DNA from: a virus
Taxonomy: Duplodnaviria; Caudoviricetes
Virus record (IMG/VR): IMGVR_UViG_3300029286_000042
Coordinates: 1 to 59,293 of that record
DNA: 59,293 bases
Reading direction: 5' to 3' (one strand)
Shown here in pieces: positions 39,859 to 48,184 of the stretch. The notes under the pieces are model-generated. The model was given only the letters and a program-made list of their open reading frames with translations, made no database searches and had not been told where the DNA came from. The position numbers were made by a program, and so were the translations under genes. Position 1 is the first letter of the stretch, and every line of letters starts with the position of its first letter.

Positions 39859-40660
39859 TCCTTCACAGCAGCGGCCCCATCTGGAGCCGCAGAGAAGATC
39901 TCCCTGAACGCCCGTTCGATGCGCGGCAGGAGCCGACGCACCGCTTGCTCAGGGTTCTCGGTGTACTGACTGACGTACTTCCACGCATGCGCGTCGATCC
40001 GCGCCCCGAACAACCGGGCGAGAACCGCCGCCCCGAGTTCCGCTACCGCTTCTTGATTCGCGTCCTGACCTCCCTTCCACTCCGCCTGACACCGAGAGTC
40101 CGCAGCGTGCATCAGCTCGTGAAACAGACCCCCTCTGAATAGCTCAGCAATGTGATTGCCTGCGCCTTCTTCCCGAACGCCCCGAGGTACGGCGCCCCAC
40201 CATTCGGCTGCCACGTCACCGAGATGCCCCACGCCCTCGCCACTTCCATGAGCGGCGGCATCTCCTTCGGCGCAAAGTCTGGAAGCGGCTCGCCTTCCGT
40301 ATCCTCGACACCGAACACCGGGAAGCACCGGAACCCCGTGATGACGACCCGCTCCTCGCCCTTCTCCTGCCCTGGCTTCGCCTTCTCCTCCACCTTCTTC
40401 GTGTTAGGTGCCAAGAGACAGAACGAGTGCGAGCCAGCCTTGACGAAGCGCCCAACCTCGCGCCATTGGTTGAAGGTGCGCGCATCCGCCGTTCCATTCA
40501 TCGCGCAGATCATCCGGTTGCACAGCGACCAACGGCTCAGTGGACGCCCGTCATCGCCAGGGATTGCCGCGATCGCCACGGTGTCGACAAGGACCTCTGG
40601 AGTCCTGAAGAGGTCCGCGAGTTCGCTCAACGCCAGCAGTGCCTTCTCGGTCGTCGCCAT
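39855..40660 (-). pseudogene. ArdC-like antirestriction protein (ssDNA-binding domain + HExxH domain) split by a frameshift near 40130
   Basis: WS..N..ARTFNQW..GR.VK.G..PVF..EDTEG in one frame; FHELMH..EAVAELGAA in the -1 frame; break at GAGGGGGT. Confidence 0.75.
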
Positions 40661-40661
40661 C

Positions 40662-40922
40662 TCACTCCACCTCCAGAGCCTTCCAGGCGTTGTGGCCCGT
40701 GAGATTCCCCATAAAGTCGTAGTGATCGGAGTAGCCACTCTCGTAGTGGACAACCATCCCACCAGCCGAGTGCTCAATCGGATAGCCGGCGACAACCTTC
40801 GACCCGACGACGTGTGCGAGTGTCGTGGCGACCTTCTGCATCGCAATCGCTCGCCCTCTCTTCTCCCAGTATTCGCGCTTCGCCTGGTGGTCGTTCCGCC
40901 CACTGCTCCTGAGTCCGTTCAT
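40662..40922 (-). CDS. Early hypothetical protein
   Basis: Starts at the ATG of repeat cassette 1. Confidence 0.6.
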   Translation of the reverse strand: MNGLRSSGRNDHQAKREYWEKRGRAIAMQKVATTLAHVVGSKVVAGYPIEHSAGGMVVHYESGYSDHYDFMGNLTGHNAWKALEVE

Positions 40923-40987
40923 GTTCCTGCCTCCCTTTTCCTTCCTCGATACACTCATTATACACGGATCGTCAAGGAATACAAGCC
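40920..40987 (-). promoter_or_regulatory. Repeated promoter+RBS cassette, copy 1
   Basis: CTTGTATTCCTTGACGATCCGTGTATAAT..AAGGGAGGCAGGAACATG (TTGTAT-N16-TATAAT, SD, ATG). Confidence 0.85.
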
Positions 40988-41030
40988 CCGCACGGGGCGC
41001 AGTCAACGACCACGCCCCGCCGGATGCCGT

Positions 41031-41402
41031 CTACTGATCGTCGTCCTCCTCCTCAAACGCCGCCCGCGTCTCTTCCTCGCAATCCGAGAAATCGATCACG
41101 AGCCGGACGATGCGCCCCTCCGCGTTGTAGTCGGCGTAGACCGGGTATTCCCCATCCCCGTAGCCGCTGGACGCGACGACCGCCAAGAACCCGCCAAGCG
41201 CCCCACCACTCTCCGGCGCGTAGCACGTCTCTCGGCACGCGCCGTCGTAGTCGAACGCCTTGGTCCGATACTCCTGGGTGACCCCACCCGCGAACTCGGT
41301 ATCCTTCCAGTCGTTCAGGTAGCAAGGGTCGCAGACCATCACCTGCCCCGAATCCACGCCGATGCTTCCGAGCTTCTTCCTCTGGACGATCCGCTCTGCC
41401 AT
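41031..41402 (-). CDS. DUF4241-like protein
   Basis: IGVDSGQ...DPCY and SGYGDG.YPVY motifs. Confidence 0.7.
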   Translation of the reverse strand: MAERIVQRKKLGSIGVDSGQVMVCDPCYLNDWKDTEFAGGVTQEYRTKAFDYDGACRETCYAPESGGALGGFLAVVASSGYGDGEYPVYADYNAEGRIVRLVIDFSDCEEETRAAFEEEDDDQ

Positions 41403-41604
41403 GTTGCTGCCTCCCTCTTCCCGCGCGACTCCCAACGAGCCGCGCACTTCGCTACTCCGCCTGCATCCAGAACCGGCGCCCGCTGCGCGTGAAACGAAAC
41501 TCCGCGCACCCGCCGCTCGTCTCCCGCGTCCACTCGCTCATTTGCTCCATGCGCCCCTCGCGGCACCACTGCGCTGCTTGCTCTCTGGTCGCTCGCATCG
41601 TCCT

Positions 41605-41673
41605 CATGTTCCTGCCTCCCTTTTCCTGCTTTGATATTATGATTATACACGGATCGTCAAGGAATACAAGCAC
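41605..41673 (-). promoter_or_regulatory. Repeated promoter+RBS cassette, copy 2
   Basis: Near-identical to copy 1; drives small ORF 41452..41607. Confidence 0.85.
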
Positions 41674-41781
41674 CCGGCACGCGAAGGATTAGTAGCACAC
41701 GGAAGCAGAGGCCAGAACCTCACGCAAGAAATGCCCGCGCCCCGGCCTGAAGCTCAGCCGGTCACGACACCCCAGACGCCG

Positions 41782-42189
41782 TCACACGCCTTCTGGATGC
41801 CTCGCGTTGTCCGCGATCATCATCGCGAAGTTGGCGACGTCCGCAGCCTCTCTCTCGATCTCCTCAACCGCGGCCCCTTGCTCAACGGCAGCGAATAGCT
41901 CCTCCGCTTCCTCGCGGAGCCTCCGCATTAGGTAGGCGTCGTCGCGGCCTCTCCAATGGCCCTTGTGGTCGTTCGCTCGTAGCCGCACCTCCATCACACC
42001 AGCGAGTCGAAGCACCGGCTCTCGGAGGTTCAGCGTTCGCGCAGCAGCCACCTGCACGCACTCCTCACAGATGTCGACCTCAATCGCCAAGTCGTGACCA
42101 CCCGCCCGCCCGACGTCATACCGCCGGACCGGCAACGGCTTCGAGCACTCCCCGCACTTCACGCCGAAAGATACCTTGATCTGGTCCAC
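41782..42189 (-). CDS. MazG-like nucleotide pyrophosphohydrolase domain protein
   Basis: N.HKG.W..RLREEAEEL..EAADVANFAMMIAD (EExxE..ExxD), N-terminal CxxC pairs. Confidence 0.65.
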   Translation of the reverse strand: MDQIKVSFGVKCGECSKPLPVRRYDVGRAGGHDLAIEVDICEECVQVAAARTLNLREPVLRLAGVMEVRLRANDHKGHWRGRDDAYLMRRLREEAEELFAAVEQGAAVEEIEREAADVANFAMMIADNARHPEGV

Positions 42190-42867
42190 CTCCGCCCCCC
42201 CCCCTCAGCGCCAAGACGCGCCGTTCGTCATCTGCCAGTACTCGACGACCGCCTTCGCCTCCGCCGTCGTCAGGCTCGCGAACTCCGCTTCGAGCGCCCG
42301 CCGCGCCGTGGAACGCCCCTTGTACTCCTTCGTCGTTGCCCACCACTGATCGAGGAACGTCAGGTGATCGTCTTGAACGACCGACGGCCTCAGACTGCCC
42401 CGCGGGTCTGACACTTCTCCGCCCCCTTCTCCCTTCCGATCGTCGCCCGCGTCTCGGCTCGCGCCTCCGACAGCGCCCGGTCGAGCTTCTTGAGTTGTTC
42501 CAGTGGCACGCGCTTGTCCGACAGCATGAGAGAGCGGACGTAGACAGCGGACTCAGCGACTCGCGCGAGGCTCCGCTCGAAGTCCACCCAGGCCCTGCGC
42601 GCCTCTTCCTTCTCCTTCGCGTTCACCCCTGCACCTCTTCCGCGTCGAGCTTCTGGATCGCCGCGCTCAGCGTCCCCCTGCGGAAGAATTGCGACCGCGA
42701 CCCCAAGCGCCCGATGTCGCGGAACGCCGGCGGCGAGAAGATCTCCCCTCCCCTTCGGACGTAACCGTTCTCGTCCACCATCAGCCCCCGCGCCTCCAGA
42801 CCCTTCGCGAACTCCTTCCGCGAGATGTCGTGAGTCGCCCGCTTGAGTGTGTCCGTTGGCACCTCTC

Positions 42868-43038
42868 TCACTCCTCCTCGTCGCCGTCATCAGCTTCTTC
42901 GTCGACGACATCATCATCCTCGTCCTCGATCTCTTCTGGATCGAACTCGCCACCGCACCCCTGGCAGATGTACCAGTCAAGCTCGTCGTCGTACTTGAGT
43001 ACGCCACCGCAGTCTGGACACAGCTTCCCCTCTCGCAT
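42868..43038 (-). CDS. Zinc-ribbon protein with highly acidic tail
   Basis: CPDC..CQGC followed by EEIEDEDDDVVDEEADDGDEEE. Confidence 0.6.
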   Translation of the reverse strand: MREGKLCPDCGGVLKYDDELDWYICQGCGGEFDPEEIEDEDDDVVDEEADDGDEEE

Positions 43039-43086
43039 AACGCCTCCTTGTACGCTCTGCGCTCCTTCTCCTCCGCTCCTTCTCTG

Positions 43087-43163
43087 TGGTCGGAGAGGCG
43101 GGATTCGAACCCGCGGCCCCTCGCTCCCAGGGCGAGTGCGCTGCCAGGCTGCGCTACTCTCCG
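43087..43163 (-). tRNA. tRNA-Pro (anticodon UGG), CCA encoded
   Basis: CGGAGAG/CTCTCCG acceptor stem, anticodon loop CCTGGGA, GGTTCGAATCC T arm, ACCA end. Confidence 0.92.
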
Positions 43164-43235
43164 TGCGCCCCGGGTCGCCGTCAATTCTCGCCGCAGACTG
43201 GCTGTCCTCGCCGGCGGTCTGCAATTCCCCGGAGC

Positions 43236-43310
43236 TGGTAGGTCGGACGGGAATCGAACCCGTATCCCAAGGACCACAGCCTTGTGCGCTTCCTTTGCGC
43301 CACCGACCTC
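43236..43310 (-). tRNA. tRNA-His (anticodon GUG), CCA encoded
   Basis: G-1, AGGTCGG/CCGACCT acceptor stem, anticodon loop CTGTGGT, GGTTCGATTCC, ACCA end. Confidence 0.88.
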
Positions 43311-43321
43311 GACTTCAAGCC

Positions 43322-43936
43322 CTAGACCTTCCACACCGGCTCTTGAAGCGCCCCAGGTATCCCAAGGCCCCGGAAGCGGACGGTCTGATCGACGGCCTCC
43401 TCCACCCCAAGCCGCAGCACTCCGTCGGCGCCGACCGCCATCGGGTACTGATGCTCGCCCTTGAGCCCAACGATCCTATGCACCGCTACGAGTCCGAAGA
43501 GACTGAACACCTCGCGCCCCTCGTGTTCCTTCCCCGTCTCCCGAACTGCAATCGTCCCGGTCGCCGCCATCTCCCCACGGAGCAGCGTAGGCACCGCCCC
43601 TGCGCCATCCCCTCCCATCTCAGGAAGGCCGTGGAGAACGGCGCGGATCGACGAACGCATCTGGTCGACGCGGTCGTGTCCCACGTTGTCGTCAGCCTGA
43701 AGACAGCTATGAGCAAGCCATGACAGCGCCTCATCCGCTTCGCCGAGCGTCTGCACGAGGTCAGGGAGAGCGGCTACGAGGTCAGCGTTCGTCCACGCCT
43801 CCTCCAACTCCTCCGCTGTCCCAGACGACGGGAAGCACTGCGCGATCATCCTCCCGGCGACCATCGGGTTTGCTCCTTGGTACACGATGTTGCCGTACTT
43901 CCTCGTCCACGGTCCCGGCGTGCATCTCCTCACCAT
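43322..43936 (-). CDS. Hypothetical protein (TPGPW...ANAxL.AA.P.L-like N-terminus)
   Basis: TPGPW and NADLVAALPDL motifs common in phage proteins. Confidence 0.6.
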   Translation of the reverse strand: MVRRCTPGPWTRKYGNIVYQGANPMVAGRMIAQCFPSSGTAEELEEAWTNADLVAALPDLVQTLGEADEALSWLAHSCLQADDNVGHDRVDQMRSSIRAVLHGLPEMGGDGAGAVPTLLRGEMAATGTIAVRETGKEHEGREVFSLFGLVAVHRIVGLKGEHQYPMAVGADGVLRLGVEEAVDQTVRFRGLGIPGALQEPVWKV

Positions 43937-43957
43937 CTCTCCGCTCCTTCGCTACCA

Positions 43958-44206
43958 ATAGGGAGGCAGGGCAGCGGTTCGGGAGCTTGCGGCGTTGCGC
44001 CGGCATACCCGCGAGCGGGTTATCAGGCCGCTCGGCTCATGTCCCCTGACTTCAGGAACCCCGCTGCTCGCCAGCTTCATCGCCCCCACAGCATAGGGAG
44101 GCGAGGCGACAGGACTCCACCTGGCGACCTTCAGAGAGGTCGCGGTGCTGCTTGGACGCGATTCCGCGCCGCTCAGGTTCCGTGTCTCTGCCGCCCGCAT
44201 CTTCAT
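43958..44206 (-). ncRNA. Two tandem candidate structured RNAs (43958-44080 and 44093-44206)
   Basis: Shared 5' ATGAAG..GCG(A/G)GC(A/G)GC and 3' GCCTCCCTAT ends, each closed by a long stem with several internal hairpins. Confidence 0.45.
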
Positions 44207-44438
44207 TCGACGACCAGCCCACTCTCGCCAGCAGAGGAGAAGAATCTCCCTGCCCTCTCCACGCTCGCGAGCGCGATGTTCATCCGCACCAGGTCGTACG
44301 GCTGGAGGTGGTTACGATCTGTGATCTCCAGCGCCGTTCGGCCCTCGCCCCGTCCGTCATCGTCCGCCTGCTCCAGCACCTCGCGGAGCGTCGCTACCGT
44401 CTCCCCACATCCCGGTGCCACCCACCTCGTGCCACATC

Positions 44439-44717
44439 TCATCGCCCTGCCCTCTGGAGCTTCGACATCACATCTTCGCGGAACGCCCTTCGCGCCGACG
44501 CGAGGACGAACCGTGGATTGCACGTCCCGTTGTAGGTCGTGCCAATTCCAAGTTCCGACACCCAGAACGCGCGCCCGTCGTCCAACCCGACCAACCACTC
44601 GCCATTGCGCGGCCCTGCGATGACCGCTCCGCACCCTTCCTGGTTGGCCATGTCGCCGGTGTAGTAGATCTCCGTTCCGATCTCGATCGTCTTCTCACTC
44701 TGGTCGTTCTTGTTCAT
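44439..44717 (-). CDS. Early hypothetical protein
   Basis: Starts at the ATG of cassette 3; IYYTGDMAN motif. Confidence 0.65.
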   Translation of the reverse strand: MNKNDQSEKTIEIGTEIYYTGDMANQEGCGAVIAGPRNGEWLVGLDDGRAFWVSELGIGTTYNGTCNPRFVLASARRAFREDVMSKLQRAGR

Positions 44718-44783
44718 GCTCCTGCCTCCCTTTTCCGGCCTCGATATCATGATTATACACGAACCGTCAAGGAATACAAGCAC
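44715..44783 (-). promoter_or_regulatory. Repeated promoter+RBS cassette, copy 3
   Basis: Near-identical to copies 1 and 2. Confidence 0.85.
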
Positions 44784-44845
44784 GGCGCACGTCGAGGCAT
44801 CACTTCCACAGAGCTAGAGGCAGGAAGACCATTTGCGCCCCAGCA

Positions 44846-45193
44846 TCAACCACGCTGCGCCTCTCGGCGGACGCATGCGAAGTGGATTCTCTTCCCATCC
44901 CCCGACTCGAATGACCGCTCGCTCCCGATCTGCACGCCGCACACCGAACACCGCTCTGCCCAGCTTGGCCGAAGCTCAGACGGCAGGGCGATCCCCCAGA
45001 CCTCGTAGACCGCAGCCTCCCACTCCTCCCACATCGGAGGGACCAGCACCTTGAACGCCTTCCCGTGCTCGTCGAACACCTCACCAGACATCTGGCTGAG
45101 CCGAGCCAAGCATCCGGGCTCGCCGTTCACCCAGACGACCTTGCCATCGGTCGTCGCCTCCCACTTCACCCCACGGCACGTCGTCCCCTTCAT
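44846..45193 (-). CDS. Hypothetical protein
   Basis: Coupled ORF with C-terminal CxxC..HxxC. Confidence 0.55.
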   Translation of the reverse strand: MKGTTCRGVKWEATTDGKVVWVNGEPGCLARLSQMSGEVFDEHGKAFKVLVPPMWEEWEAAVYEVWGIALPSELRPSWAERCSVCGVQIGSERSFESGDGKRIHFACVRREAQRG

Positions 45194-45380
45194 CGCTTGC
45201 CCTCCGAACTCTTCGACTCGCGGTATGCAGCGAGCAGCTGCTTCCGCTCCGACCTGAGCGCCGCCCGCTCGTTCTTCTCCTTCCTCACCAACGGGCCACT
45301 AGCCTCGATCCGCTCAAGAGCCACGAGCCGGTCATCGATCGCCCGAAGGCGCAGCACCGCCTCCTCATGTTCAGCCTGTG

Positions 45381-45950
45381 TCATTGGCCCTCCCCCGCAA
45401 AGAAGTGCGCGAGTTGCAAGAGCGCCGCTTCTGGCTTCTTGACTAGGCGCTTCCTCGCCTTCTCCTTCGCCTTGTATACCGCGTCCTGAGCGCGAATCTC
45501 CTCCGGTCGCCTCTTCCAAGCACACCGACGCCCCGACGCCCCGGGCTTCGACCAGGCAAGCGCCGGCGTCCCGTAGAGCGGACTCTGGTAGTCGGCGATA
45601 TGCGCCCACTCATGCAGCGCCGTCTCGTAGACCTCTTCGGCCAACTTCGTGCCGTGGTACAGACCAGCAGTCGCCTCGATCCTTCCGACCGTCATCGTGA
45701 AGTAGCCGCCATCCGTTCGGCCCCATCGCGCGGTGCGCTGCGCCTCCGGCGACTTCGGGCAACTCTTCCCCATGAGGAACCAGTGGCGAATGTGGGTGCA
45801 CTTCTTCGCAACTCCGCTGACGCAGTACGAGCGGCCCCTGGTCACCTTCGCAACGACACCGCTCGTCCGCGCCCCGACGTTACGCCCCGCCTGGACGATG
45901 ATCGCCTCCAGAACTTCCGTTGGGATCGTGGTCCGGTTGTAGAGCTTCAC
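45381..45950 (-). CDS. HExxH-containing protein (possible zinc metallopeptidase fold)
   Basis: ALHEWAH motif and downstream EE..A. Confidence 0.55.
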   Translation of the reverse strand: MKLYNRTTIPTEVLEAIIVQAGRNVGARTSGVVAKVTRGRSYCVSGVAKKCTHIRHWFLMGKSCPKSPEAQRTARWGRTDGGYFTMTVGRIEATAGLYHGTKLAEEVYETALHEWAHIADYQSPLYGTPALAWSKPGASGRRCAWKRRPEEIRAQDAVYKAKEKARKRLVKKPEAALLQLAHFFAGEGQ

Positions 45951-46136
45951 TGCTCATCCCTCCCCGGCACCGCCGCCACACACGTCCCGTTGTCCCCATC
46001 CTCCAGCCGCTCGATCCGTCGACACACCGTACGCCACAAGCAGCCGCCGCACGTCACCTGGCTGTCTTCGCGGCGCATCGTCTCGAAGATCTCCCGCACC
46101 GCCTGCATCGTTACGCTCTGCATCTCCCTCGCCCCC

Positions 46137-46409
46137 TTATGCCTTCGGCTGAACGACTGCCGCCAGGTAGCTCTGAGTCGGCCAGGATCGGTACTCGTCA
46201 AGCGCCGCGCACACTTCCCAACCAGCAGGCAGCGCCTTCTGGACCAGATCAGCCCACCGCTTCGCCGTCAGCCCGCCGTGGTAGAAGTAGGAGCGCCGAA
46301 ACTCGACCGTGCCATTGCCCCGGCACACGACGCTGTCGATCCGCGCCCCGCCGAGAACCTCCCACTGCTGGAGGACTTCCCGCTTGAGCTCCGCTTGCAC
46401 CTTCGTCAT
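46137..46409 (-). CDS. Early hypothetical protein
   Basis: ORF with GAGGAG RBS. Confidence 0.6.
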   Translation of the reverse strand: MTKVQAELKREVLQQWEVLGGARIDSVVCRGNGTVEFRRSYFYHGGLTAKRWADLVQKALPAGWEVCAALDEYRSWPTQSYLAAVVQPKA

Positions 46410-46411
46410 GG

Positions 46412-46648
46412 CTACTCCTCACCAACCGTCTGCCGGATCGCTTCCGCGCATTCGTCAACCTTCTGCGCGACGACCCCCATCATCAAGCAGAGTTCCAGCG
46501 CCTTCCCTGACGTCCCGGTTAGCTTCTCGGCCAGCTGGTTCGCGCGCCGGGCTACCCGTACGCACTCGCGCATAATTGCCCGCGCCTCTTCCGGCAGATC
46601 CTCGATCGGGTGCATCCTTCCGCCTTGGCCTACGCTGCTCTGGTTCAT
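46412..46648 (-). CDS. Early hypothetical protein
   Basis: Starts at the ATG of cassette 4. Confidence 0.55.
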   Translation of the reverse strand: MNQSSVGQGGRMHPIEDLPEEARAIMRECVRVARRANQLAEKLTGTSGKALELCLMMGVVAQKVDECAEAIRQTVGEE

Positions 46649-46714
46649 GTTCCTGCCTCCCTTTCAACGCCTTGATGTTATGATTATACACGGATCGTCA
46701 AGGAATACAAGCAC
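46646..46714 (-). promoter_or_regulatory. Repeated promoter+RBS cassette, copy 4
   Basis: Near-identical to copies 1-3. Confidence 0.85.
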
Positions 46715-46740
46715 GATAAGCAGTCACACCAACCACCAGC

Positions 46741-46772
46741 AAAAGGAAAGGCGGAGCGCACGGGCCCCGCCA
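46741..46772 (-). terminator. Intrinsic terminator ending the modification operon
   Basis: GGCGGGGC-CCGTGC-GCTCCGCC hairpin followed by TTTCCTTTT. Confidence 0.75.
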
Positions 46773-46799
46773 CACTTCCACGAACCAGCCTCGACCTCG

Positions 46800-47489
46800 C
46801 TATTCCGTCGGCTTCGCGCTCCCCAGTCGCTCGAACGCCCCCAGGAGCAAGAGGAGAGCCTTGCCCCTTCCGACGACATCATTCATCCCCCCCGAGAGGC
46901 GGATGATGCGGGAAAGCGCCAGCTCGACCTCGGCCTGCTCTAGATCGTTCGCCAGGGTGACGATGAGTTCCGGCTTCTCCTCCCGTGTGACTGGCGCATC
47001 CTTCTTCTGCCCGAACCCATCCCATTTGAACTCCGTGAGCGAGGCTAGAAGAGAGATCCTCGTTGCCGACAGTGGGATGCTACGCGCAAGGTCGTCGACG
47101 CCACGCTTCGCCACAAGCTCCTTGATGACCGGAGCCTGCCTCCCTGCCTCGACATCGAACATCTCGACAAGCTCCTGTGCGATCTTCATCCCCTGCTCAA
47201 CTGTGAGCGGCCCGTGGTTCAGGACCACCACCTCGTCGACCGCCATCTGTTGGAGGCTCACGATGCGATGGTTCCCATCCAACACCTCGTAGCGCCCGTC
47301 CTCCTTCTCCCTGACGTTGAGGTTCTGGATCTGGCCGTTCTGCTTCAAGCTCTCAGACAGCGTGGCCTGTCGCTCCGGGTTCTCACCCCGGAAGTTCCAC
47401 GGCGCCGGATCGCACAACGCGACTGGGAGCACGGTGAGCACCGGAACCGGGAACCGCGGCGCCTTCGCCTTAGCCTTAGCCTTGGGCAT
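46800..47489 (-). CDS. ParB/Sulfiredoxin-like domain protein (paralog 2)
   Basis: PWNFR..LSESLKQNG..LNVRE..GRYEVLDGNHR. Confidence 0.85.
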   Translation of the reverse strand: MPKAKAKAKAPRFPVPVLTVLPVALCDPAPWNFRGENPERQATLSESLKQNGQIQNLNVREKEDGRYEVLDGNHRIVSLQQMAVDEVVVLNHGPLTVEQGMKIAQELVEMFDVEAGRQAPVIKELVAKRGVDDLARSIPLSATRISLLASLTEFKWDGFGQKKDAPVTREEKPELIVTLANDLEQAEVELALSRIIRLSGGMNDVVGRGKALLLLLGAFERLGSAKPTE

Positions 47490-48184
47490 GACTCACCTCC
47501 GGCAGCAGCTTCTCGTCAGGTACTTCCTGTGACATGCGAGCAAGGTGGAGAACAGCTTGGCCTCTTCCATCCTTCCCCCCCTCGAGCGCCAATGGCGCGG
47601 GCGACCGTCGACAACCCATCCACCGCCCCGTCACGCTCGGCCTTGTCGCCGAACAAGAAGGTGAGCGTCGGCCGCTTCTGCTTCCCTCCGCCGCCACCAT
47701 CGCCCTCGCCTTCACCCTCCCCCGGCTCCGGCACCTTCTCGATGCCCCCGAGATCCATCCGCGTGACAATCCCGCGAAGCTCGGCCTCACTCCACCGCGT
47801 CGTGCGCGAGAGTTCCCCGATCGTCACCCCGCTCGCCGTGAGCCGCTCGATCACGAGGCGATGCTTTTCGCGGTCGACATCGAAGTGCGGCAGGAGCTGA
47901 TGGGCGATGAGCTTGCCCTCCTCCTCCGAGATCGGTCCGTGGTTGTAGGCCAGCACCTGCCCGATCTCCAGATCGAGGAACACGTCGAGACGGTGGTTGC
48001 CATCCAGAATCTCGTAGGTGCCATCCCCAAGCTCGCGGACGTTGCACGACTTGATGACGCCGTTCTCTGTCATCGACGCCTTGAGCTTCTGCGTCTTCCC
48101 CGCATCATCCCCCTTGATATTCCAAGGGGCCTTGCGCATTTGTGCCACCTCGACGACCTGGAAGCGTTCGAGCAGATCACTCAT
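47476..48184 (-). CDS. ParB/Sulfiredoxin-like domain protein (paralog 1), probable frameshift in the G7 run at 47575-47581
   Basis: PWNIK..LKASM..NG..NVRE..YEILDGNHR; the +1 frame tail GRGQAVLHL matches GRGKALLLL of paralog 2. Confidence 0.8.

Noticed and set aside
43164-43235. Theta (HDV-like) ribozyme after tRNA-His
   Set aside because: The 5' segment pairs with the very end of the element, leaving no room for the nested P2/P3/P4 topology
43990-44030. Hammerhead ribozyme (CTGATAA next to a stem)
   Set aside because: The core deviates from CUGANGA and the GAAA motif after stem II is missing
44093-44206. SRP RNA or Y RNA
   Set aside because: AAGCAGC is present but not the helix-8 CAGG/GNRA context; no Ro60 gene in the window and no clear Y RNA stem motif
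40920-46714. The four ~68-bp repeats as a CRISPR array or att sites
   Set aside because: They are 0.6-3 kb apart, carry -35/-10/RBS/ATG, and no integrase is present in the window
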